64,000 bases of DNA from Dendrobates tinctorius (taxonomy: Eukaryota), in NCBI RefSeq assembly GCF_039654945.1, contig NW_027361731.1, positions 31,868,001 to 31,932,000 of the forward strand, in the 5' to 3' direction. This document shows positions 1-12,614 of the stretch, in pieces (position 1 is the first letter of the stretch; each line of letters opens with the position of its first letter). Below the pieces are notes generated by a model, which was not told the origin of the DNA, searched no databases, and saw nothing but the letters and a program-made list of their open reading frames with translations. The position numbers and the translations under genes were made by a program.

Positions 1-1558
1 TTTATCTGGAGTCGGCCAAATGCTTGAATCCTAGACAGGCTAGATGGGCCTTGTTTTTCATGCGTTTTAATTTTGTGGTCTCTTTTCTTCCGGGCACTAA
101 GAATGTTAAGGCAGACGCCCTTTCTAGGAGTTTCTTTGCCGATTCTCTTAGTGTGACCGAGCCTACTACCATCCTAGGTGAGGGGGTAGTTCTTTCTGCC
201 ATTTCGCCCGATTTGAGACGCGCCCTGGAGGAATTTCAGGAGGATAAATCTGAGCGTTGCCCTATGGGAAAATTGTATGTTCCTGACCAGTGGAGAAAGA
301 GGGTGATGTCTGAAATTCATTGCTCCGCATTGGCTGGTCATCCAGGTATTTTTGGTACCAGAGATTTGGTGAGTCGGTCCTTTTGGTGGCCTGCCTTATC
401 TCGTGACGTCAGGAATTTTGTACAGTCCTGTGTGACTTGTTCTCGGTCTAAACCCTGCTCTCATTCTAGTGGGTTGCTGATGCCCTTGCCGGTGCCCAAG
501 AGGCCATGGACCCATATCTCAATGGATTTTATTTCTGATCTTCCTGTGTCTCAGAGAATGACTTATCTGGGTGATTTGTGATAGATTTTCGAAGATGGTC
601 CATCTTGCACCACTCCCAAAGTTGCCATCTTCCGCTGAGTTGGTGCCCTTGTTTTTACAACAGGTGGTTTGGTTACATGGGATTCCTGAGAACATTGTGT
701 CCGACAGAGGAGTCCAATTTGTTTCCAGATTCTGGAAAGCCTTTTGTTCCAATCTGGGAATTCAGTTATCCTTCTCCTCCGCGTTTCATCCCCAGACCAA
801 TGGACTGAGAGAACAAACCAGACCTTGGAGTCTTATTTGAGATGTTTTATATCTGCTGATCAGGATGATTGGGTCTCATTTTTGCCCTTGGCCGAATTCG
901 CACTGAACAATAGAGCTAGTTCTGCCACTTTGATGTCACCCTTTTCTGTAATTTTGGGTTTCATCCTCGATTCTCTTCAGGGCAAGTGGAATCTTCGTCC
1001 TGCCCAGGTGTGGACACTGTGGTTAAGAGAATGCAGCAGATATGGGACCAAGTGGTGGATAAGTTGTCACTCTCTCAGGAAAAGGCCCAGCGATTTTCCA
1101 ACCGGCATAGGACCATTAAAGTGGGTGATATGGTTTGGTTGTTGTCTAAGAATATTCCTATGAAGGTTGCATCTCCTAAATTTAAGCCAAGATTTATTGG
1201 TCCTTATAAGATTTTGGAAATTCTTAATCCTGTTTCGTTTCGATTGGCTCTTCCTGTTACGTTCAAGATCCATAACGTATTTCACAAATCTCTGTTGAAG
1301 AGGTTTGTTGAGCCAGTGGTTCCTATGGCAGCACCTCCTGACCCTGGGTTGGTTGAAGGCAATATGGAATATGAGGTAGAGAAAATATTGGATTCTCGTT
1401 TGGTTAGACGGAGACTACAGTATTTGGTCAAATGGAAGGGTTATGGTCAGGAGGATAATTCTTGGGTCTCTGCCTCCGATATTCATGCCAATAGATTGGT
1501 TCATGCTTTTCACCGGGCCCATCCTGATCGGCCTGGTGGCGTGGATGAGGATTCGTGA
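1..1558 (+). pseudogene. Frameshifted Gypsy pol: RNase H end, integrase (HHCC, core, GPY/F), chromodomain
   Basis: Motifs NPRQARWALF..NVKADALSR, H....GHPG..C..C, WTHISMDFI, IVSDRGVQF, AFHPQTNG/TERTNQTLE, KFKPRFIGPY and EYEVEKILDSR..QYLVKWKGY. They are split over ORFs 24-581, 571-840, 744-1163 and 986-1558. Confidence 0.93.
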
Positions 1559-1579
1559 CCCCTCCTCAAGGGGGGGTAC

Positions 1580-2412
1580 TGTTGTGAGTTCATTCTCTGG
1601 TTCACCAGTTGTGAGTTCTCCTTCCAGACTCCCTCTGGTGGTAACAGGAGGTAGTGAGGCTGATTTGATTGGTGGCGATCTGCCACCTGAGAATGAGGTC
1701 ATGATTGGACCTCAGGAGTCTCAGATTGGATTTAAGACAGCCAACGCCCTATTCAGTTGCTGGTGATTCCTTCTGGCTTGTCAGCTCTTGGTTTTCAGCA
1801 CTGTTCCAGTCATCTAAAGCTAAGTTTTTCTGCTAATGTTCACACTTAATTTTGTTGGTCTATTCAGTTTTTTGTGTGGTCAGCCAGCCCCGGCTGGGGG
1901 CTGTGCTGAATTTTCACTCTTATTTATCAGTATTTTGCCAATTTGTTTTTTGTCCCTTACTAGTTTGGTCTCTTTTTGCTCTGTCTCAGAATATTTCAGA
2001 GTGCTGATATAGTGGGAGAAGTCTAGTGACATTATTTTTGTAGTGTTTTTTGCAGGTTGCAGACAGTGTCTTTCCTTTCCTTTCAAGTTAGTTTGGACCC
2101 CATCGTTTGCTGAGCCTATTTTCCTGCCTGTGTTTGTGCCTTCAACTTGTTTCACCGTCAATACATGTGTGGGGGCTATCTATTCCTTTGGGGTCTGCTC
2201 TGGGGCAGTTAGTTTTCTGCTTTTCATGCTTCATGCTTATTTAGTCCTCCGGCTGTGACGAAGCGTCTAGGAACATCGTAGGTACGCTCCACGGCTGCTG
2301 CTAGTTGTGTGGTCGGATCAGGGATCTGCAATCTGCATAGTTACCAACCTCTCTGGTTTTCTGTGACTTAGCTTGTTTTGCTTTTTTTCTCCTCGGTGAC
2401 CCAGTCATAACA
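1580..2412 (+). repeat. 3' LTR of the chromovirus (833 bp)
   Basis: TG...CA ends with an imperfect 8-bp inverted repeat, directly after the PPT. Homologous to the solo LTR at 19583-20491. Confidence 0.85.
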
Positions 2413-2507
2413 CCAGACCAAGTAAATAAACACTTTTCCCCAATCCCGCAGTCCCATTACATAAAGGGAAGCCATCGTCAGAGACCGACCTGCTGCTAGA
2501 TCAAGGG

Positions 2508-3157
2508 TGTCAGGGTCCTGACAGCGCCGCCGTACAGCCTCCGCTAAGCAGGGACTCACCAGCACCGTAGGGACCCATGGGGACAAGAACAGCCGGAAAA
2601 TAAAGATGCACGGGACCTGAATGTAGAAGTTTAGAAAGCAGGCACAGGACCTACGGTCTTGTGATTGCAAGGGGGCGGGGCTTAGCATCCTGCTTTCAAA
2701 GAAGGTAGAAAACTCAAAGTCGGACAAAGCGGGGGTCATGCACAATACAGGCAAGCGAGGTACAGGAGGGATAAACAAAGCCAAATGTCATACACAAGAT
2801 CTCAGTAAAGTACCAGGGATGAGACAGAATGGATAGTCAGGGCCAAGCAGAGATCAAAACCAAACAGACGTAGAAGGTACCAAGCAGAATCCAAAGCAGA
2901 ATCCAGAGAACAGACCGAGTCATACACAGAGAATCATGCAACCAGAACACAGCACAAACACACTCAGGGGTCACCACACAATGCCAAGGGCGAAAGTATA
3001 ACTGACAGGGGATGGGAGCTTCCTGAGGCTATAAGAAGCCTCCCCAGAACCAATGAGAGGCCACCATAATAGGTCCCAGGTGTGCAGGTGAGAGTCTGCA
3101 CTGAGGTCAGAACATTAACCCCAGCAGTGCCGGTCACCCAGCACTGGTATCATGACA
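2508..3157 (-). mobile_element. Solo LTR (650 bp)
   Basis: TGTCA...TGACA termini and 5-bp TSD AAGGG (2503-2507 / 3158-3162). Orientation inferred from composition only. Confidence 0.75.
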
Positions 3158-3315
3158 AAGGGTTTGTGTTACTTGTAGTATAAAAAAAATTACGGTATAT
3201 ATCAGGATTTTTGAAAAAACAATATTACTAATTGTGCAATTATCGTTTCTCCTGTTGCTTCATGAAGACTATACAGCAGTTTCAGTATCATCAGAGGCAG
3301 AATTACAAAGACAGG

Positions 3316-3490
3316 TAACACCTCTATACACAGCTAATAACACAGGATCCACCATTCGCAATAGGTGATGTCAGAGCTCACCTCCTCCGCCTCCTGTACA
3401 ATGACTGATAACACCTCTATACACAGCTAATAACACAGGATCCATAATTGACAATAGGTGATGTCACAGCTCACCTCCTCCTCCTGTACG
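3316..3490. repeat. Two copies of a ~93-bp tandem repeat
   Basis: taacacctctatacacagctaataacacaggatcc...aataggtgatgtca.agctcacctcctcc begins at 3316 and again at 3409. Confidence 0.7.
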
Positions 3491-3683
3491 TTTAACACTG
3501 TAATTGTAGTGACTTGGACAAATCGTTTCCAGGTCATTTTCACTGCAGAAAAAAATACAATTGTGTTTTTTTCCCTTTTTTTTTTATTTTTTTTTTTTAT
3601 ATACATTTCCATATAATATGCGGAAAAAAGTGGACAAAACCCTAAATTAATCCACTTTGCTGGTGCTGTAAAATGTTGAGGGG

Positions 3684-6600
3684 AAATCTGCACCAAAAGA
3701 AGCCACATGAGTACACAGCCAGAATGGAGGAATCTGCACCAAAAGAAGCCACATGTGTACACAGCCAGAATGGAGGAATCTGCACCTAAAGAAGCCAAAT
3801 GTGTACACAGCCAGAATGGAGGAATCTGCACCAAAAGAAGCCACATGAGTACACAGCCAGAATGGAGGAATCTGCACCTAAAGAAGCCAAATGTGTACAC
3901 AGCCAGAATGGAGGAATCTGCACCAAAAGAAGCCACATGAGTACACAGCCAGAATGGAGGAATCTGCACCAAAAGAAGCCACATGAGTACACAGCCAGAA
4001 TGGAGGAATCTGCACCAAAAGAAGCCACATGTGTACACAGCCAGAATGGAGGAATCTGCACCAAAAGAAGCCACATGTGTACACAGCCAGAATGGGGGAA
4101 TCTGCACCAAAAGAAGCCACATGTGTACACAGCCAGAATGGAGGAATCTGCACCAAAAGAAATCACATGAGTACACAGCCAGAATGGAGGAATCTGCACC
4201 AAAAGAAGCCACATGAGTACACAGCCAGAATGGAGGAATCTGCACCAAAAGAAATCACATGTGTACACAGCCAGAATGGAGGAATCCACCAAAAGAAATC
4301 ACATGTGTACACAGCCAGAATGGAGGAATCCACCAAAAGAAGCCACATGTGTACACAGCCAGAATGGAGGAATCTGCACCAAAAGAAATCACATGTGTAC
4401 ACAGCCAGAATGGAGGAATCTGCACCAAAAGAAGCCACATGAGTACACAGCCAGAATGGAGGAATCTGCACCAAAAGAAATCACATGTGTAAACAGCCAG
4501 AATGGAGGAATCTGCACCAAAAGAAGCCACATGTGTACACAGCCAAAATGGAGGAATCTGCACCAAAAGAAATCACATGTGTACACAGCCAGAATGGAGG
4601 AATCCACCAAAAGAAATCACATGTGTACACAGCCAGAATGGAGGAATCCACCAAAAGAAGCCACATGTGTACACAGCCAGAATGGAGGAATCTGCACCAA
4701 AAGAAGCCACATGTGTACACAGCCAGAATGGAGGAATCTGCACCAAAAGAAGCCACATGTGTACACAGACAGAATGGAGGAATCTGCACCAAAAGAAGCC
4801 ACGTGTACACAGCCAGAATGGAGGAATCTGCACCAAAAGAAGCCACATTAGTACACAGCCAGAATGGAGGAATCTGCACCAAAAGAAGCCACATGTGTAC
4901 ACAGCCAGAATGGAGGAATCTGCACCAAAAGAAGCCACATGTGTACACAGCCAGAATGGGGGAATCTGCACCAAAAGAAGCCACATGTGTACACAGCCAG
5001 AATGGAGGAATCTGCACCAAAAGAAGCCACATGAGTACACAGCCAGAATGGAGGAATCTGCACCAAAAGAAATCACATGTGTACACAGCCAGAATGGAGG
5101 AATCTGCACCAAAAGAAGCCACATGTGTACACAGCCAGAATGGAGGAATCTGCACCAAAAGAAATCACATGTGTACACAGCCAGAATGGAGGAATCTGCA
5201 CCAAAAGAAGCCACATGTGTACACAGACAGAATGGAGGAATCTGCACCAAATGAAATCACATGTGTACTCAGCCAGAATGGGGGAACTTGCACCAAAAGA
5301 AGCCACATGTGTACTCAGCCAGAATGGGGGAACCTGCAACAAAAGAAGCCACATGTGTACACAGCCAGAATGGAGGAACCTGCACCAAAAGAAGCCACAT
5401 GTGTACATAGCCAGAATGGAGGAACCTTTACCAAAAGAAGCCACATGTGTACACAGCCAGAATGGGGGAATCTGCACCAAAAGAAGCCACATGTGTACAC
5501 GACCAGAATGGAGGAACCTGCACCAAAAGAAGCTACACGTGTACTCAGCCAGAATGGGGGAATCTGCACCAAAAGAAGTCATGTGTACACAGCCAGAATG
5601 GGGGAATCTGCACCAAAAGAAGTCACATGTGTACACAGCCAGAATGGAGGAACCTGCACCAAAAGAAGTCACATGTGTACACAGCCAGAATGGAGGAACC
5701 TGCACCAAAAGAAGCCACATGTGTACACGACCAGAATGGAGGAACCTGCACCAAAAGAAGCCACACGTGTACTCAGCCAGAATGGAGGAATCTGCACCAA
5801 AAGAAGTCATGTGTACACAGCCAGAATGGGGGAATCTGCACCAAAAGAAGCCACATGTGTACACGACCAGAATGGAGGAACCTGCACCAAAAGAAGCTAC
5901 ACGTGTACTCAGCCAGAATGGGGGAATCTGCACCAAAAGAAGTCATGTGTACACAGCCAGAATGGGGGAATCTGCACCAAAAGAAGTCACATGTGTACAC
6001 AGCCAGAATGGAGGAACCTGCACCAAAAGAAGTCACATGTGTACACAGCCAGAATGGAGGAACCTGCACCAAAAGAAGTCACATGTGTACACAGCCAGAA
6101 TGGAGGAACCTGCACCAAAAGAAGCCACATGTGTACACGACCAGAATGGAGGAACCTGCACCAAAAGAAGCCACACGTGTACTCAGCCAGAATGGGGGAA
6201 TCTGCACCAAAAGAAGTCATGTGTACACAGCCAGAATGGGGGAATCTGCACCAAAAGAAGCCACATATGTACACAGCCAGAATGGGGGAATCTGCACCAA
6301 AAGAAGCCACATGTGTACACAGCCAGAATGGGGGAATCTGCACCAAAAGAAGCCACATGTGTACACAGCCAGAATGGGGGAATCTGCACCAAAAGAAGTC
6401 ACATGTGTACACAGCCAGAATGGAGGAACCTGCACCAAATGAAGTCACATGTGTACACAGCCAGAATGGAGGAACCTGCACCAAATGAAGTCACATGTGT
6501 ACACAGCCAGAATGGAGGAACCTGCACCAAAAGAAGCCACAAGTGTACACAGCCAGAATGGGGGAATGTGCTCCGCCAGAATGGAGGAATCTGCTCCAAA

Positions 6601-8435
6601 AGAAGCCACATGTGTACATGGCCAGAATGATGGAATCTGCACCAAAAGAAGCCACATGTGTACACAGCCAGAATGGAGGAATCTGCACCAAAAGTAGGCA
6701 CATGTGTACACAGCCAGAATTCAGGAACCTGCACCAAAAGAAGCCACATGTGTACACAGCCAGAATTCAGGAACCTGCACCAAAAGAAGCCACATGTGTA
6801 CATGGCCAGAATGATGGAATCTGCACCAAAAGAAGCCACATGTGTACACGGCCAGAATGATGGAATCTGCACCAAAAGAAGTCACATGTGTACCCGGCCA
6901 GAATGGGGGCATCTGCACCAAAAGAAGTCACACGTGTACCCGGCCAGAATGGAGGAACCTGCACCAAAAGAAGTCACATGTGTACACAGCCAGAATGGGG
7001 GCATCTGCACCAAAAGAAGCCACATGTGTACACAGCCAGAATGGAGGAATCTGCACCAAAAGAAGTCACATGTGTACACAGCCAGAATGGAGGAATCTGC
7101 ACCAAAAGAAGTCACATGTGTACACAGCCAGAATGGGGGAATCTGCACCAAAAGAAGCCACACGAGTACATAGCCAGAATGGGGGAATCTGCACCAAAAG
7201 AAGCCACATGTGTACATAGCCAGAATGGGGGAATCTGCACCAAAAGAAGCCAAATGTGTACACAGCCAGAATGGGGGGAATCTGCACCCAAAGAAGCCAC
7301 ATGTGTACACAGCCAGAATGGAGGAACCTGCACCAAAAGAAGTCACATGTGTACACAGCCAGAATGGAGGAACCTGCACCAAAAGAAGCCACATGTGTAC
7401 ACAGCCAGAATGGAGGAACCTGCACCAAAAGAAGTCATGTGTACACAGCCAGAATGGAGGAATCTGCACCAAAAGAAGTCACATGTGTAAACAGCCAAAA
7501 TGGGGGAATCTGCACCAAAAGAATCCACATGTGTACACAGCCAGAATGGGGGAATCTGCACCAAAAGAAGCCAAATGTGTACATAGCCAGAATGGGGGAA
7601 TCTGCACCCAAAGAAGCCACATGTGTACACAGCCAGAATGGAGGAACCTGCACCAAAAGAAGTCACACGTGTACCCGGCCAGAATGGAGGAACCTGCACC
7701 AAAAGAAGTCACATGTGTACACAGCCAGAATGGGGGAATCTGCTCCGCCAGAATGGAGGAATCTGCACCAAAAGAAGTCACACGTGTACCCGGACAGAAT
7801 GGAGGAACCTGCACCAAAAGAAGCCACATGTGTACACAGCCAGAATGGAGGAACCTGCACCAAAAGAAGTCATGTGTACACAGCCAGAATGGGGGAATCT
7901 GCTCCGCCAGAATGGAGGAATCTGCTCCAAAAGAAGCCACATGTGTACATGGCCAGAATGATGGATTCTGCACCAAAAGAAGACATGTGTACACAGCCAG
8001 AATGGGGGAATCTGCACCAAAAGTAGCCACATGTGTACACAGCCAGAATGGAGGAATCTGCACCAAAAGTAGCCACATGTGTACACAGCCAGAATGGAGG
8101 AATCTGCACCAAAAGAAATCACATGTGTACACAGCCAGAGTGGAGGAATCTGCACCAAAAGAAGCCACATGTGTACACGGCCAGAATGGAGGAACCTGCA
8201 CCAAAAGAAGCCACATGTGTACACGGCCAGAATGATGGAATCTGCACCAAAAGAAGTCACATGTGTACACGGCCAGAATGGAGGAACCTGCACCAAAAGA
8301 AGTCACACGTGTACCCGGCCAGAATGGAGGAACCTGCACCAAAATAAGTCACATGTGTACACGACCAGAATGGAGGAATCTGCACCAAAAGAAGCCACAA
8401 GTGTACACAGCCAGAATGGAGGAATTCGCACCAAA
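3684..8435. repeat. 46-bp minisatellite, ~100 copies
   Basis: Unit aatctgcaccaaaagaagccacatgtgtacacagccagaatggagg, with variant sub-blocks along the array. Confidence 0.97.
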
Positions 8436-8648
8436 TGTGCAGCAAAATCCAAATGTAAGACAGAAGATTCTTGTGCAGGACGCCACATGCACAACGTGTG
8501 AACGCAGCCAATCTGCATTTGCTCCACACAATGAGGGTTTCATGCATTGCTGTTCTCATAGACACAGAGATCTGCACCTCCATGCCGCCCTGGTGGTCAT
8601 TGTACAGAAAACTGATTCTGCACTGAAAAACGCAACAGAAGATGCTTA

Positions 8649-9001
8649 GGGTGTGTGCACACGCTGCAGATTCTGCTGCGGATCCGCAACGGATTTTTTC
8701 CCTGCGGATCCGCAGCAGTTTCTGCTGTGGTCTACAATACCATTATTCTCTATGGGAAATGGAAACCGCAGTGCAGATGCTGCGGAATTTTCCGCGCGGA
8801 TTATCTGTGATTTCTAAACCGCAGAAAGAATTGCATGTCAATTCTTTCTGCGGATTCCGCAGTAGTTTACCATCTCCTCCATTGTGAGGTGAGAAACCGC
8901 AGGCTAATCCGCAGGTCTTTTGACCTGCGGATTTACCTGTGGATTTTGCAAAATCTGTGCATATCAATCCGCAGCAGATTCCGCAGCGTGTGCACATAAC
9001 C
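8649..9001. mobile_element. PIF/Harbinger-type MITE (353 bp)
   Basis: TIRs GGGTGTGTGCACACGCTGC / GCAGCGTGTGCACATAACC, TTA TSD at 8646-8648 and 9002-9004, many internal TGCGGA/TCCGCA motifs. Confidence 0.88.
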
Positions 9002-9912
9002 TTATAAAGAAAAATGGAGCAAAACCGCACCGTTCGTCCGCGTCTTCAGCAGGCGCCTTTTTCAACAAATCACATCCACTCTGCTTAGACATAAAAAAAA
9101 ACGAAGCAAAGATTCTCCAGGAAAAAAAACACAGCAGAAAAATACGTTGCATTCATGCTACATGTGAACACGGCCTAACTATCCAAGCAAAGCGGGTGAA
9201 AGCTCCACCCAATGTACATAGGCTTCTATATGAAGCCTGAAAAAAAAAAACCACATGCAATAACCACTCTGTAATTTTAAAAAATCTCTAACTTATATTT
9301 TACCCCAAAAATATAGTTAAATAGAAAATCACTGGGATATAGAGATGTATCTCTATGTACCAGCACAGTCTGCCTGGCATACAGATTAATGCACTGAAAT
9401 GGACCTCGACTTGTCAGTGCAGCCTATTGCTGCTGCCTCCAATGCTACAAGATACAAGTTCAAATCCTGTGTGAAGACTAGACGTCAAGAAAATAGAAGT
9501 TAATTAAATTAATATAGGGAGGGTATAGAGCAGAAAGATGCTGCCCCCTTCCCTGGGGAGGAGGAACTACTGAACAATGGATAAAGTCATGGCAGTCAGG
9601 TCAGCTCTGCAAACAGGCTTTTTTTTTTTATGGGGTAGGTTGGGAGAAGAAGCCAGAAGTTGAACTCTCTGGGAGTGGAAACTTAGACTTCAATCCTCAA
9701 TGTGAACTGTTATCAACTTGTAGACAAGCGCCAACCTCTCCTTTCCTGATAGTTTGTTTCAGTGGCTCAGTGCAGTTTAGATCCCAGAGGATTGACTAGT
9801 GATAAGAAACAGGTGTGAGGAGCACTGGCTGCAGACCTACAAGGAGCTTCCTATGGTATCAGAAGTTGTGGTCTTGGCTGGTGTCTCCATGGGCGTAGAC
9901 GGACTCACATAG

Positions 9913-9930
9913 ACTTTCTCTTTCATTTCC
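9913..9930. promoter_or_regulatory. Candidate ISRE/IRF element upstream of TRIM gene 1
   Basis: ACTTTCTCTTTCATTTCC fits the TTTC-NN-TTTC consensus. 15 bp are identical to the motif upstream of TRIM gene 2. Confidence 0.5.
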
Positions 9931-9947
9931 TTCATTTTGCTTTCACA

Positions 9948-11393
9948 ATGGCCAGTGTGAGAGAGGAGCTGCTCTGCCCCATCTGTCTGGAGATTTTTAC
10001 TAATCCCGTGACCCTGTTGTGTGGACACAACTTCTGCTGGAATTGTATCAGTCTTGCGTTGGACAGAAGAGCGTCCAGTTTCTACACGTGTCCCCAGTGT
10101 AGGAAGACTTTCCGGACAAGACCTGTCCTAACCAAGAACACAACCCTGGGCAACATCGCCAGGCTGTTCGCCTCTCCGAAAGTGGCGTCCGTCTATTGCA
10201 CCTACTGCGACCCTCTGATCCCTGCCATAAAAACTTGTCTGCAGTGCGAAACCTCCATGTGCAGCAGGCATCTCCAACATCACAACAGGTCGGTGAAACA
10301 TGACTTGATGAACTGTAGTGTTTCTCTGAACGATAAAAAATGCCCCATCCATAATAAGATCTTGGGATATTACTGCTCAATGAATGCCACATGTATCTGC
10401 GTGTCCTGCTGCTTGTCCGGAGACTATCGGGGGCTGCCGGTGGAGCCTCTCAACGTGGCCCAAGACAAGAAGAAAAAAATACTACAAAAGCTTCTAAGCA
10501 TATTGGCCACAAAGGCAGAAGAGACCGAAAGACGAGTGATGAATCTGAAGAATGTTCAGAGGCTCCAGAGGAAGGTTGATGACCAAGGCGAAACTCTACC
10601 AGGTGGGACTTTGATGAAAGAGGAGAAAGTGTCCCATGTTACTAACCAGATCATGGAGCTGGAGAAGGAAAAACAGCAGCTGGAAATGAAGACGTTTTGG
10701 GTTGTGGAACTGTCTAGGCCGATGGACCCAATATACTTCCTAGAAGATGTGGCCATAGATTCTGAAGACTGTACTGAGACATTGCATCTGGATACGGCAC
10801 TAACCACAGGCGCCGCACCCAAGTATCTACTTGACATTGCATCAAAAGCCAAAAAGTGGTGGTTCCCAAACCAGAGACCTGCAGACGTAATCCTCAATGT
10901 AAACACGGCAGCTAGCAACCTACTGGTATCCGATAACCAGAAAGCTGTCACCTACTCAGACACGCACCAGCCTCACCCCGGAACACCAGAAAGGTTTGAG
11001 CAGAACCAAGTGTTAAGTATTAATATGTTCTCCTCAGGGCGACATTATTGGGATGTGGCGTGCAGTCCGGTGGGAGACTGGATGATAGGGGTGTGTTACG
11101 CCACCATGGACAGGAAAGGTAAAAAATCATTTTTGGGGTGTAACAGCAGATCGTGGTGTCTGCGGAGACGTGATGACGAGTTCTGGGTACAGCACGACAT
11201 TCGGTGTCTCCACTTGCCCCTCGTGACGTCCTGCAATTACGTGAGGGTCTCTTTAAACTGTAAGGTTGGACAGTTGACCTTCCATAGTGTTGGTTCCTCC
11301 ATCAGACACCTATACACCTACAATATCGTCTTCACCGAACCCTTACATGCTGCCTTTACCCTATTCAGTGGTGGCTTGGAGATCCGGGATTAA
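9948..11393 (+). CDS. Intronless TRIM E3 ligase 1 (RING, B-box1, degenerate B-box2, short coiled-coil, PRY-SPRY), TRIM25/finTRIM-like, 481 aa
   Basis: CPICLEIF..PVTLLCGHNFCWNC..CPQC RING; CTYCD..KTCLQCETSMCSRHL..H B-box; PERFEQNQVLS..FSSGRHYWDV..FTEPLHAAF B30.2. Confidence 0.93.
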   Translation: MASVREELLCPICLEIFTNPVTLLCGHNFCWNCISLALDRRASSFYTCPQCRKTFRTRPVLTKNTTLGNIARLFASPKVASVYCTYCDPLIPAIKTCLQCETSMCSRHLQHHNRSVKHDLMNCSVSLNDKKCPIHNKILGYYCSMNATCICVSCCLSGDYRGLPVEPLNVAQDKKKKILQKLLSILATKAEETERRVMNLKNVQRLQRKVDDQGETLPGGTLMKEEKVSHVTNQIMELEKEKQQLEMKTFWVVELSRPMDPIYFLEDVAIDSEDCTETLHLDTALTTGAAPKYLLDIASKAKKWWFPNQRPADVILNVNTAASNLLVSDNQKAVTYSDTHQPHPGTPERFEQNQVLSINMFSSGRHYWDVACSPVGDWMIGVCYATMDRKGKKSFLGCNSRSWCLRRRDDEFWVQHDIRCLHLPLVTSCNYVRVSLNCKVGQLTFHSVGSSIRHLYTYNIVFTEPLHAAFTLFSGGLEIRD

Positions 11394-12614
11394 GCTTCCG
11401 CGTGAGATCAATTGAGGCTTCAGATATTGACTTTGAAGAACATTTCAGATGGCGAGGTCTCCCTGGGTTCCTCCCATGACCCATAGTCCCTATTACCGAA
11501 AACTCAGTCACACGTGATTGGGCCAGAACAATGTTTATGGCTCCAAATTGGCATTTATTATCACTTTCTGCAGGGTAAGGCGGCCATCACATACCTGATG
11601 GGTCCGAGGTCAAGCGGCCGACAGCCATCTCTCGCCCCACCATACCCATGCCTACCACCGCTCCATCCTTGCCTCCTACAACATGAACAGTTTAACAGCT
11701 GTCACTGTTTTATATTTTTTTTTATTATTGTGATTTTTCACACTTTTTTTAAACTTTTTTATGCTATTTTACTTTTAAAAATGTTAGACTTAATTTTTGT
11801 CTTGCAGAGTAACACTAAAATGTATATGTCTGCGTACCATTTTTTAAGGCTCAGTCTCCTCTTAATAGATGGGTGCCATCGTACATTAAAGACAATCTTG
11901 TAGTGTACTGTACATTAGAATTTGCAGTCGTTCTTGAAATGTTAACGCTTTTCTTTTGCTTACAGCTCATTGCCTTGGAGACCGACCACTGCTGCTGCCT
12001 ACCATGTAAGCACTGCACATGTGGTCGGTCTCCAAGGCAACGAGCTGTAAACAAAATACAATATTAATAATCAGTAAACTGTGGAATTTAGGAAGATGGG
12101 GATGACCTAGACTGGATGCTCTGAACGCTCGGGCCCCCAGCTCCGTCTGGAGCCCTGAAAATCAGAGCTGTTCACTATGAGGCGGTCGGGTGCCTCTGGG
12201 CTGTCTCTCTCTGTCCTCCATTTTGGCAGTGTTTGCCTTATTGAGATGAAGAAATGGAGGCCAGAAAGAGCAAAAAAAGTGTCTCCTGTGTTATGTCCCT
12301 GTGAATTGTTCTTGTCGGGGTTCCGCCCAAATCTCATATTTCTGAGCTTCAGGTGGAGTCACGAACGTGTGTCCCGGAGAACCGAGCTTACTTGTGTATA
12401 TATATTTTTACTTTGTTTTCCTTTATTGTGTTTGCCCAAAAACGGAATTTTTTTTTTTTTAAAGTAACTTTTATGTATAAAATGGCTAAATGGTACGAAG
12501 CAATAAAAGTTTACACTTCTATAACTTGTGCGTCACTGATCAGTTCTGATATGTAGGAACGCGCCCCTGTAATCAGCAGAAAACTAGACCATCCTGGGTA
12601 TGTACGGTGCACAT

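Larger units (their letters stand above)
1..2412 (+). mobile_element. Ty3/Gypsy chromovirus LTR retrotransposon, 3' part (end of pol, PPT, 3' LTR)
   Basis: pol remnants run to 1558. Polypurine tract AAGGGGGGG at 1568-1576 is followed by an LTR starting TGTTGTGA at 1580 and ending TCATAACA at 2412. Confidence 0.93.

Noticed and set aside
3684-8435. CRISPR-like regular repeats, here and in the other arrays
   Set aside because: The repeats are head-to-tail with no unique spacers, there are no cas genes, and the context is eukaryotic.
3427-8649. Long Cys/His-rich ORFs in all six frames (up to 667 aa)
   Set aside because: These arise from a stop-free 46-bp unit. Unit-length variants shift frames freely, so there is no coding constraint.
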